DNA from: Neophaeotheca triangularis
Lineage: Eukaryota
DNA: 64,000 bases
Reading direction: 5' to 3'
Assembly (NCBI GenBank): GCA_054600435.1
Contig: BAAIJX010000041.1
Coordinates: 124,001 to 188,000 of the forward strand
Shown: positions 13,517-25,487 of the stretch, piece by piece
How the letters are laid out: every line of letters begins with the position of its first letter
How positions within the stretch are numbered: the first letter of the stretch is position 1
Program-made: the position numbers and the translations under genes
The notes under the pieces: model-generated
Databases searched by the model: none
What the model was told of the DNA's origin: nothing
The model's input: only the letters and a program-made list of their open reading frames with translations

Positions 13517-13991
13517 TTAGGCACCACTAGCTTTAGTGGTGAAGTCCGTCTCCAAGTTGCTGGCGCCGCCGACCTCAGTGCCACCGCACGAGCACGAGTC
13601 TACAGTACCTAGCGTCAGCACATCTTATCGATCCACTGAAAGTGAAGCAAATGAAACTCACCCTTAGCCCTCTTGCCACAAGCACAAGCATCGCCCTTGA
13701 TACCGCTGTTCTCCTGCGGAGCACGGGAGCAAGTGCACTCACCCGCCTTCCGCTGGTCTAAACGACAAGGCAGTGTCAGTCATGGCGTTCCTGTCGATGT
13801 TCCGGCGTAGCGTTGGTAGACTTACTGCACGAGCACCTAGCTCCGGCGACGACGTTCTCGGTCTGGGCACGCTCGCAATCGCAGTGGAGAGCGGCTTGCT
13901 TGCCGCAAGAGCACTTTGCCTCCTGGGCGCAGACGCAGCCGCCTTCGCGACCGCAGCAAGTGGCGGGGACGGCAGCGGTGGCAGAAGACAT
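13517..13991 (-). CDS. Small Cys-rich metallothionein-like / Crd2-type copper-resistance protein (exons 13991-13826, 13757-13662, 13599-13517; 114 aa)
   Basis: Spliced product has 16 Cys (one CC and seven CxC) and ends ETDFTTKASGA*; both introns are canonical GT-AG. Confidence 0.85.
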
Positions 13992-15774
13992 TGTTGATGG
14001 AGTTGGTGTGGATTGGTAGAGGTAGGCAGGTAAAGTAGTCGGCTTGGCTTTGTTGGTTGGTTGGAAGGTAAGGCAGGTGTTGAGTTGATGGATTCGCGGT
14101 CTTGTCGATGGTTGATGATGATGATGAAGAGAAGGAAAGAGACGATGAGAGCAAAACAGCTTCTCCGCTCTTCTTTATGTCTCTCTCAATCTGATATCCG
14201 CAGGGCTTTTTTCTATCTGATTGAGCGTCACGTTCACTTGGGAGAGCAAAGCTGACAATGCGGCTGTTGTAATTGGTCGATTCAGCACAAAGCGCCCCAC
14301 TTTCAGCTACCAACCTCTCGTGACGGCTCGCGAGAACGGGACGCTGCCCTCTCCACCCAACACCACCGACATATGGCCATTGTTCAATAAGTTTGTCACG
14401 GAATGAATCGCAGAGCTGCCAAGGGCTGGTTCTGCCCTAAGGGGACAATCAAAGTCGACACCTTGACGCTGCCCAAAGACATAGTGAGAAAGTTCACTGT
14501 GGATACAACTTTGCTTAACTGCATGCCCCTTGTGCTCACTAGGGACGAATTCAAATGCTTCTTCGAGTTGTCCAATCCATATATTCTCCCGGCGGCATCA
14601 TCGAATCCTCACACTCCTGCTGTTGCGCCCGTAGTGGAAGGATTCCTCTCGCCCTGGGATTGACGCGATAACGTCAAAGGATCAAACCGACCGAGAGGCT
14701 ACAACTCCCACCACACACTTCCAACGATCCACACGCCCCCGGCAACACGGCCTCAAAATCCTTCTTCAGACAGCCACGCTAGTATATGGACGTTTAATGT
14801 CCTCGGAATTGCCGTAGAGATCCCGCTCATGGTAATGTTCTAGAATCGCACGAATCTGCCAGGGAGAGTTCTAGCGCTTCACTAGGTGCTGTGAGTCGAT
14901 TCCTGCGATTCTCTAGGTAATGCTGCTTCAGCCCATCTTCAACAATGCCACGAGTGCTACTCCATGGAATTTTCCTGACTTGCTTGATCAGTGCCTACCT
15001 TTTGCCAAAGACCGGTGAGTGAGATGAGTGATTCTCCCCTAGGATACGCGGAAACGCTTTTATGCTGCCGGTTATGAGTGAAAGTCAGGTGTGCTCTCCA
15101 GCAGTGCATTCCAGTTGCCTTCTCATGTGACAAACCCGAAATTGATGTCGCCGCTTCCAGTGTTCGTGGCGTGCTGAAGGCATACCTAGTTTGGGGGATT
15201 TGCGGCGCATGAGCTGGTGGTGGCAGGCTAGCATTTCGTGTTTTGATCTGTTGATGATTTAGCCAGGGCTTTGTAAGGCTGCCGAGCTTGAGGACTTGGT
15301 CTCTTAGTTGACTTGCTCGTCGCATGTCGAGCGCTTCTCCTTCACGCAACTTAAGATGACAGATGAGTTTCAAGTCATTTGTTCTGTACTCATAAACGAC
15401 CTCTCGGCCACTTTGATTTTTACGGATGAGCCAGAATGATGTTAAACATGATAAAATGTAAGCAGTGTCACAGTTGCAAGTATGAAAGCAAGAACACTCA
15501 ATCATTCAGCCGCGATGCACACGGTAGGTAGGAGCACTGCGGCATGCTAATGGCAACAGTGTCTCGATGCAATTGCTTCTTTCTTCAATTTGCTAAGTTG
15601 GTACCAAGCAGGTGTCTTTACGATAACACTTGCGCCCAGTCTGCGAAGCACCATGACACCCATTCATAAGATATTGCCATCGAACCCAACATTGCTAGCC
15701 GCAGTCTTTGATTCACCCGTTGCACCTCTCAGCTTCCAAGCTAAGTGACCGGTCGAAAACGAAGCATCCTCAGC

Positions 15775-16840
15775 ATGGATTTGGCGGCAATTCTTCGCGT
15801 GGCTAGCTTGTCCAACGGTGCCGGGTCTTCGAACGCGACCGAGTCTGCCAGCATGGCCGGGTCTTCCAGCGCGGCCGGGCCTTCTAACCTGGCTGGTTCA
15901 TCGAACATGGCCGCGTCTTCCAAGAGAGCTGGCTCATGCAAATGCAAAAAAGCTGCCTCGTCCAATAACTTGGTCGGCCCCCATCTGCTACCCTGCTCTA
16001 CCCTATACACACTAACAGCACATCACTTAGCCTAAACGCAAGAGAAAAGCGAACCATGAGCAGGAAAAAGACGGCGCAACTCGATCAGACCGAAGCAAAC
16101 GCGCACGCACCGAGCCCGAAGAGTCCGAAGAGTCCACCCCACCCTCAAGCCCAGAGAGCATTCGCCTCCCGCCATTCGCCGAGTCTGGTGCCGCAAGAGC
16201 CAGGGTATTGAACATCGCGGAGCTCCTCGAGCAGATACTTGTGCACCTGCCGATGCAGCAGCTTTTCAAGGCTCGTGGGGTCTGTCAGACCTTCCGAAGT
16301 TGCATCGACCATTCCCCTATCGTCCGGCAAGCTATGTGGCTGAGCCAAGGCCCTCCTTCGAAAATTGGGGAAGCACCTGTAGGTTTCGGGGCTGCGCTTA
16401 TGGACTTCGCGGACAATTACGATCCTTCTTTTGGAAACCTCAACCCTCTACTACTGGACCATTTCCGTCTCTGGCCCTTCGTCGAGAAGGCGCGGACGAC
16501 ACGCATGGGACCGGTGCTCCAATACGGAATCGATTTCGTGTGTCGAAAAGCCGAAGCCGGGAAGGGCATTCCACCGAAGCGACCGAAGCGGCCGTGGACC
16601 TCGGAAGCTCATGCCGCGTTCAAGAGGCTCTTTCTAGTGAACGTGCCGGTCAACAGCGTGCAGATCAGTATTGTGCTTGATTTTCCTCAGAGCCGCGATC
16701 TTCGCACTCTCGATCCCACTCGTCGTTGGAACATTCGAGGAGTTTGCCTTAAGATTCCGGCTGATGCGAAAGTTTGGGACCTTTTCATGATCATGGTTAA
16801 TTGGTACCAATGGGCGAGAGGACAGCCTGATTATATTTGA
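15775..16840 (+). CDS. F-box-like domain protein (intron 15973-16030)
   Basis: VLNIAELLEQILVHLPMQQLFKARGVCQTFRSCIDHS fits the fungal F-box pattern. Exon 1 (AGSS-rich) splices in phase 0 to PKRKRK; branch ACTAAC and TAG acceptor are present. Confidence 0.72.
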
Positions 16841-17807
16841 AACGAGGTCGTAAGGCAGAGCGTCGAGGGATAGCACATGCTGCGGAATAGGATACCTCAC
16901 TGCGCCTACAGAATTTCTCAGTCGTCTTCCACCCTCGTTTATGGGGTCGCGAGCCGCAGACAATGGAACGGCATTTCACACAACGGTGCGGCGATCGGCT
17001 GCTTGTATACCGGCCTGGCGTTGAAGGCGCGAAAGAGCACGAACAGGTTTTCTACCGTGGGAGACACTCGGGCGCTAGTGCGCAATGCCATGAAGGGGAA
17101 AACGCCTTCGTTCCAGCTTTCGGGGGGGCAGCATTGGGACTCTCGTTGGACAACGCTTCCCGTCCCTTGCGAAGAGGCGGAAAAGAATGTGCACTCATTC
17201 CATAGCTTTAGAAAACCTCACCTTGAGTTTTACTGCGTACATGCTCGTTCGAGAGCATATCGTGAAGCCGCATCGCTAACCGGGGGCTGCTCTGCTTCTA
17301 CTTTGTCCACCACAAGCGATCTGTATGGGCTAAACGCCGTGGGTCATGATGCCCACTGATCGCGTGGCTCGTTCTCCGATCGAACGCAAGCGGACCGTTG
17401 ACCGAGTATGAGATATGGGTATGATCGGAGTGCCCGGTATGTTCTTGTGAGGCTGGTGAAAACCTGCTAACCTTCGAGTGTTTGTAGTCGACGTGGTATG
17501 TCCCGGCTTGCCAAGACAAGCTTGCCGAATGCAACCTTGCTGCGACCTCGGAACAACTTCATCCATTGAACTGTACTGTGGGCCAGAAACAACACCTATC
17601 TAATAATACTCTACCCGTGCCGGCGACTTTGCATCCGCCAGTGGATGCAATTGTGGCTGCAGAGCCTTGTTACGCATAACGGACGATGATGCAGCGCCCT
17701 GACAGCGTAGCGTTGCATCCCGGAGCGCCCTGCGTTGGCATACCACTGCAACCCTGAGGTGATCATCACTGTGTCAGCCCGCGAGTCATTCGACTAGCAT
17801 TGCGACA

Positions 17808-20800
17808 ATGGCAGACGACGACAGTGGTGGCCTTGATTCCGTGTGGGAGGATATGGATCGGTGCGTGATTGACATTTCATTGTGCAGCACCTGCATGCAT
17901 ACCCTGCTTCTGCTTACACACACACTAGGAGTCTGGGTCAGCTCTTCATGGCAAGTCTAGTGGCCGCCAGCATTGCTTTGCATTTACTTATGGGGTTTGT
18001 TTAGATGGGGTTTGAAGGTACCCAAGTTACACCTCAAATACGGAAACTTATTCAAGAGCACCATATCGGATCTATCTTACTCACGGCAAAGAATCTCAAA
18101 TGCAAGTGAGATATTGGGCTCGCTCTGTTACCTGAAGGCTTACACTGACCCCTACTGTTATCAGCTGCTGAAGAGACCACCAAGCTTGTCCATGAGTTGC
18201 AAAAGACAGCGTTCGATGCTGGCCACCCAGTTCCTCTCGCCATTGGCCTCGATCAAGAGAATGGCGGCGTCAACAGCTTGTTTGACGAAATCTACATTCG
18301 CCAATACCCTTCCGCAATGGGGCTAGCCGCGACTGGCTCCACTGATTTAGCGTACGAGGTCTCTAAAGCGACCGCGGAAGAGATCGCAGCCTGCGGGATC
18401 AACTTGATGATGGGCCCTTGCCTCGATGTCTTGACCAATGCTCGCAATCAGCCCTTAGGTGTACGCACGACTGGCGACGACCCTCGCGAGGTTTCTTCAT
18501 ACGGCGTCGCTTTCATGAAAGGCTACAAGGAAGCTGGACTGGTCACCATGGGGAAACACTTCCCTTCGTACGGAAGCCTGGAATTCCTTGGCTCGGCGCT
18601 CGATGTTCCAACAATCACTGAGAGTCTAGAGCAGTTGAGCTTAAACGCCCTAGTACCCTTTCGCAACGCCATCAAAGAGGGACTCGACGCTATGATGGTG
18701 GGTGGGTGCGCCATGTCCTCTGCCGGCCTCAACATTATGCACGCTTGCTTGTCCGAGCAAGTGGTTAACGACCTTCTCCGCAATGACCTCAAATTTAACG
18801 GCGTTGTAATATCAGATTGCCTTGAGATGGAAGCCTTAAGCCACAACATAGGAGTAGGGGGCGGCACCGTCATGGCAGTCAACGCAGGTTGTGACCTTGT
18901 ACTACTGTGCAGATCATTCGTCCACCAGCAGGAAGCCATCGAGGGTCTGAAGCTCGGACTCGAGAACTCTATGATTACCAAATCACGGGTGAGACAATCA
19001 CTGCGACGAGTACTCGATATGAAGGCAAAGTCCACTACATGGGAGAAGGCGTTGAACCCTCCGGGCATCAGCTTGTTGTCTCAGCTACAACCGTCTCATA
19101 CGACCCTCTCGACTAAAGCGTACAACTCGTCAATCACCGTTGTTCGGGACAAGAATAGATATCTGCCTTTGACCAACGTAATGGAACCAGAGGACGAACT
19201 GCTGCTCTTGACTCCGCTCGTCAAGCCCCTCGTAGCGTCGGCCGCTTCCCGACAGCTATCTGAGCAAGCCTGTAGGGACTCGCCCGAACCAGCTATATGG
19301 GAGCGTAGCGCTTCGGTGATGAGTGGGAAGCGTGTGTTCCGTGAACTAGGACGGTCTCTCGCACGACAGCGCAGTGGTCGTGTGCTTCACACCTCCTACA
19401 CTGCAAACGGTGTGCGTCCGCAACACGAGAGCTTGATCAATCGAGCGAGAGCTGTAATCGTTGTCACAGCGGACGCCAATCGGAACCTATACCAGAACGG
19501 ATTCACGAAGCACGTATCAATGATCTGTAACATGACTTACACAGCGGGAGGCGAGAAGCGAGAGAAGCCTCTGATTGTGATTGCGGTCAGCTCTCCTTAC
19601 GATTTCGCGCTCGATCAAACCGCGATAGGAACCTACATCTGCACATACGACTTTACCGAGACCGCACTAACGTCTCTGGTGAAAGTGCTGTATGGCGAAT
19701 TCGCGCCTATCGGCGCTTTACCCGGTACGATAAGCCAGAGTCAGAAACTCTCCCAGTCACGCCAGCATTGGCTGGTCGAAGCTTTCAACGAAGAACGCGA
19801 TGCCCGGGCCTTGGACGTCCTAATTGACTCCGTGGTCGAAGGCACACCGCCAGGCCTGCATTCCGAACTATCCGGCGCAACCTCCAACTCCTTCATTCTC
19901 CACAACCACGACATACTTGAAGCTCACTTCGTCGTCCGTAACAGCAGCACCCAGGCTTTATACGGCTTCTGCAGCACCTACTTTTTCCACACAACAGGTA
20001 CCGGCGTTATCGGCGCCATCTTTGTTGACCCAGGCCGTCGCAAACTTAGCATTGGCCACTCTCTACACGCGCGCGCCATCCGCACCCTCTTACAGCGCGA
20101 AAACGTAAAACGCTTCCAACTCGGCTCCCGCCTGCCCTCCATCTTCCTCGGCAGCCCGACCTCCCATACCGACCAACGCAAACGCCTGAGAACCTGGTTT
20201 GCAAACCTCGGCTGGAACACTGCCATGAGCCGCGCCGTGTGTCGAATGGTCGCCCGCAATCTCAACACTTGGTCGCCACCGCCAGGCATGGCACGCTCGT
20301 TGCAGAGCGCTGGGGCGGCTTTTGATCTCGTCTATGGCGAATCCTATTCTTCCACTATTCTCGACCACATCAAGACGTCCAACCGGCAAGGTCTGGCCGA
20401 GGTCTATAAGATGGCGCTCGCCGACCCGAGTGCTTGCGGTATCATTCGAGCCAAGAGACCGGACGATGGTGTCCTGGTGGGCACAGTGGTTTTGTATAAT
20501 GCATCCTCGGCTTTGGCAGAGTTTGTGCCTTGTATGAAAGCTTTAGGACCGCTGACAGGGGGCATTTCGTCACCGGTGATTAGTCCGTCAGTTGGGGAGT
20601 ATTCGACGCTATTGCAGGGACTGATTCTGCTTGGCATGAGGCAGATTAAGCGTCTAGGCTGTCATGCTTGTGTCTTGGATCATGTGAGTTTGCTCTGCGC
20701 TCCCCTTGAATAAAGGATCGGAGAGGCGGGACGGCATGCTAATGACTACCGCGTAGATGGATGGAGATGGTAATGATGGCTTGAGCGCCATGGGGTTTTC

Positions 20801-20870
20801 GGTCATGCACGGTTTCGAAGAGGTCAGTTGTGATGCGGCGACTTGGACAATGGTACCGCCGTCTGCTTGA
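17808..20870 (+). CDS. ngs1: GH3 beta-N-acetylglucosaminidase-like domain fused to GNAT acetyltransferase (Ngs1/Nag3 GlcNAc sensor); exons 17808-17860, 17929-17950, 18005-18101, 18165-20683, 20757-20870
   Basis: GH3 motifs GQLFMMGFEG, DQENGGV, KHFP, SDCLEM; C-terminal GNAT-like IFVDPGRRKLSIGHSL; adjacent to an NDT80-family gene. Confidence 0.9.
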
Positions 20871-21747
20871 GCGAGACGACGAACGAAGATGCATCAGCTA
20901 CCTATGTACTGTGGCTAGTACTTATGACTTGGTTCCCTCACGAGGCGAAGAAGCCAACGCTCGACGGCCTTCTTCATCCGACACGGGTAAAGATGTCAAA
21001 GTATCAAATGGCGGCGATGGGCATTTTTGGCGGTTCCGTCTTATTTCATACTCTGCTGCTATCGTTATTTCCATGTGTGCTTTCTGATCACCAACCTAGC
21101 GTCTTTATCTCGACCTTGACTCGTAGACAACGTTGATCTAGAAGGCGGACCGGGCCTTGGGAAGCTTACCATCTTACACTGTACAGACTACAGTCGGGTA
21201 CTATCAGTACCTTACATCACATGTCGATCGGAAGCCGATGGGTCGCTAAGGTAAATACAACACTGTACAATACAATACAATACCTTAGCATTAATGATAT
21301 AGACTTCCAACTAAATGTCCGGCTGATGCTGGAATTAACTTATCAATGACACCCGACCTCTAGACCGGAGAGAGGAGGTCATGTTACTCATCATGTACTG
21401 CCCGTACATCCACTCTATCTATCGAATACTAGTACCGAGGCTTTATTAGCGCTCGCTCGTGTCGCACCACGACCCCACCGCTCGACTGCCTCAGCTCCAG
21501 CGAACCAGCCAAGGTCCACGGGTACTTACTTGTACATTACATTAATCGCCTAAAGTACCACCTCTACATTTATTAGTTGTTACTTGCAACATCACGGCCA
21601 GAAACCCTGCCTCATGTCTGCTCATCTGAGCTCTACCCGTCGTCCTACCTCCCTCTCAGCAACGGCCCAGGCCCACTACCTGATGCGCCGAAAGGTGCAT
21701 CGGTACGAGAATATACCACTATTTGAGATCAAGAAAGAACCTCCGCC

Positions 21748-23601
21748 ATGGACATGACCGGCTTCGATCCCTCTACCATGACCTATCTGGCCACGCAGAT
21801 GGCGCAGCCCACCGTCGGCGACAATGCCGATCCATTCCAGGACATGATGATGCCAATGGGCGTGCCGGATCAGCACTCAACTTACGGTTACGCTGGGTAG
21901 GTTTGCTTCAATCGCATAATGTTCGGTGGGGGGCCTTTTACAGGCCAGCAACGTAGAGACTGGATGCGCTTGCTAACATTCGCTGGTAGAAGCGAAGAGC
22001 CGGCGCATCACAGCCTCCAACAGCCGCCACCGCAACAATCCACCCCCTCTCTCAAACGCTTCTCCATGGCCTACGAGGATCCTTTCTCCGACGTCGTTAG
22101 CGCTTTTGAGGCGCCCGTCAACAATGACACCCAAGACCCAGAGACGCCGTCGATTGAACGAGACAACAAATTGCTGGGCTTCTCGCTGCCCTCATTCAAT
22201 TACGCTTTGCTTGATTATACGTATCGGAGGACAACAATATCGCTGGCAGCACAATTACATGGGATGTTCTTTTTGGCAGAATCGCCTTGGTCCTCTGGGA
22301 AAGAAGTCCAGCCCGCACCGACGGAATTGACATGCTATCGACGGAACTTGTTCCAGATTACGGGGGAAATCACTTTGCCAAGAACGTTGCGGTACATAAT
22401 GACAGAACATGGGGAGCAAATAGCAATCTTGGGGCAAGAGCTTGTGGTTAGCGCGACAGAGTCGACGGAGGGCAATGCTGTCAAAATCATATCCGTGCCT
22501 TGGAAGACACCAGGAAATCCAACGCAATCAACTTATGAGGACAGGGCCGAGCGAGAACCGCCTGCGATTCCATTGGATCTGATGAATGTTCCTGATATTG
22601 AATCTGACTTTGCAAGCTTTCCTTTCCAGTGGAAGCGATTGCAGTTTCGAAGCGCTACCGCCAACAATGGCCGTCGCAGGGAGCTGCAGCAGCATTTTGT
22701 TGTTCGGTTGAAGGTGCTCGCTTCTCTGGCGACGGGCGGCAAGATCCCTATCTGCGAAGTCCAAACAGGCGCTATCATTGTGCGTGGGAGAAGCCCGCGA
22801 AACTTTCAAGCTCGTAAGGACCGTCTACTCAACGAGCAGGGCAGAAAAGCCTCGCAAATTCCCAGGCGGGGATCGACAGGGGAGTCGACGAGGAAACAGG
22901 ACAATAATGTTGCTGCCCCTGCGCCCCCTTTCAAGACTGAAACTCCCGCTCATAACTTCCAACAAGAACCACCGGCTTTCTTTGATCCAAACGACGCTCA
23001 CCTCGACAACAGCCTTTTTGACTGGGGCGATCTTAGTGCGGTACACCAAGGCCCGCTAACCGCTCTACCACACACCGGCAGGCCCTTTGAGGACGCAAAT
23101 GCCGATACGGCCATAAACCAAAACTACGCCTACTCTTCCCCAGACCTCCATCGCAACGCGCCCCAACGCCCATCGACCTCGCAATCCAAAGCGCCAATAG
23201 ACCTCTCACTAGTCGAAGAAGACTCACCCGCGACAGCCGCGGCCCTGAATACCCACCAATCTCGCAACCAGTATCCAACCACAACAACAACCCAAACCCC
23301 AACCTCAGACCCATCCTACCAAAACAAAACCTCCCGGCTTTCGCTGCCATCCCAGACTCAACTCCCCCACAATTTCAGCCTGCCAACTAGTCTCAACAGC
23401 CCGGATGAATCGGCAGACCTGCTGTACGAGTACTTTCCCCTCGGTCTCGACGACTGGATGCCGCCGGTCGATGCCGTGTATCGGCCTCATGTCGTGCATC
23501 ATACCAAATTACCGACGGATCCGAGGGATCCGAGGAGTTCGAAGGTCGGGGGTAAGGGTGGGGGTAGGAATAAGAGGTATTTCAGTGAGGATGTTAGTTG
23601 A
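21748..23601 (+). CDS. ron1: NDT80/PhoG-family transcription factor, Ron1-type (intron 21897-21989)
   Basis: LTCYRRNLFQI, WKRLQFRSATANNGRRRELQQHF, IIVRGRSPRNF; C-terminal LYEYFPLGLDDWMPPVDAVYRPHVVHH; position beside ngs1. Confidence 0.88.
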
Positions 23602-25487
23602 AGAGTACTTGCGCCAATGAGGGTTCATCTCCAAAACGTGCAGCGTCTGCAACCAATGCAAGGGTCTGATTGGATGTCTGTCGGAGGCGAGACTTTGCTC
23701 GGGGTGGTCACGATGGCCTGAACTCGGATGGGAATGGTGCTCTGTGGCCCTGGACACTGAACACTGAATGCTCGCCTCGAACAATAGGCCCATGCTGCTT
23801 CCGATCGGAGGAACTTGTCATGGGTTTCCCAAAAGCATCAGGCACGATGAAAGGAAGCCCAAGCCTCATCAACGGGTGGAAATGCACAATCAGCCCATTC
23901 GGGCCCCTGTAGCGGGGCCCCTGTAGCGCGGCCCCTGGATATTGGACTCCCCCTTAGTCCAAACTAGCCAGCAATTTCTCTGGAATGTCGGGCTTAGCAG
24001 GGTAAAAGTGGCAGCACGGAGTTTCGCTGACTTTGCTGCCGATACGTCGCTTCAACGACGCCGCTGTCGTCTGCGGTCGTTCCGAGGTTTTCGGGGAGTC
24101 GGTGTTGCATTCGCGCAACCCAGCCAGCCGATCGATGTTAATGTGGCGCAAGCTTCGGTGCTCATTGTCGTCTGCCTCGTCAGGAAGCTCTGGGAAAAGA
24201 AACGTCCCTGGAGGCTTCTGTCGGGGTCCCATTGAGGGAGCACTGGGGAGAGTTAGGTCTTGGTGAGCGCAGAGCAGGGTTTGTTTGGGATGCGCAGCTT
24301 TCCCCGATCGAGATACGTAGGGACCAACCACGGAAGGCGGCCAACGAAGAAGGTTGGGATATGGGTGAGGTCTAGCAATGAGTAGCAACTTTACGGAGCC
24401 TCCACCAAGACAACAAGGGGTCAGCTTCCACAATGATACTACCATGTATTGTGTATTGACCGCGATCTGTGATGCACGCTGCATCCGACCTCAGGTTCAC
24501 TGGTAAGGATGGTCAGATGATGGAGCTACGGAGACTCGAGGACTGTCTCGACACCCACCCATGTCTAGCTCTAGACACTACAACGAAGCTCACAGCGCTG
24601 AACCCGAGTGACTTTCGAGTGCCCAGTCGCTTCGTCTGCTCGCCAATGCCTTGATCCCGGGGGCAAAGCCGGAAATAGTAAATCAGAGGTAGCATGCAAT
24701 GGACATCTCCCGCGCAGCTTCGAGCTTGGGGAGGACAGCTACTTGTCAACAAGCCGGCGAGATGAGGGCCTCTTCTGTTCAACTTATATCAGGTGTGGAC
24801 AACTGCTCTGGGGCCATGGCGATCGGCAGGGCTGGCTCACCCATCAATGGGGCCGTGTACTTGGCTTCAAAGACGCTGCGACGGAATCAAGTCCAGAAAG
24901 AGGTCTCGGATTGGAAACTGCTCTGGGTAGGTACATTTTGTTGATCTCAAGATACTGAACGCGTTGGTAGCGCTGCAGGTGGGAGTCGAGAGCTCTCTCG
25001 GCCACGCCAGCCAAGGTGCGGGGAGCGCTTTCATGGCGTCCAATGGCTTGACCCCCAACCTGATCTATTCGTTAACTTACTACTTTCCCCAGAGGTGCCG
25101 CACCATAATACGCACCGGTACGATTGGCGATGCTGACAGAACGGGACCCTTTGGCGCTGGTGTACTCCCTCCCCCAGAGGAACTGAACCCCGCGGATGCG
25201 GAGCTTTCGCGGAGCTCCCACGGGGTACTACTTTTGTGATCCAGCCTACAGGTTCCTAGTAGGTATCAGGCTTGAGCAGTATAGAGAGCTCATAGCAATG
25301 CCTGTAAGTCACCCGCACGCTGACCTCGGGCAGCGTCGGGTGTTATGAGCGGAGAAGTCTCCTCACTTGTATCAATCGAGATATATGACAACGTGCAGAG
25401 GTCGGGCATAATGCTGCCCTCTAGCTACATTACAATATCATCCTCTACTGATTATACACATATCTCCGAGCCCCAAGCTAGCCCACC

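Noticed and set aside
14403..15505. ORFs 14403-14663 and 14957-15505
   Set aside because: No recognisable domains or splice structure.
23901..23937. GGCCCCTGTAGCG short tandem repeat (about 2.5 copies)
   Set aside because: A single local duplication with no supporting context.
23602..25487. dac1/dam1 remnants or real genes among the short ORFs between ron1 and the MFS gene (also 30300-31650, 33300-35300, 41600-43100)
   Set aside because: No amidohydrolase or glucosamine-6-phosphate deaminase motifs (e.g. LGLPTGS, FNMDEY) in any listed frame; the ORFs look random.
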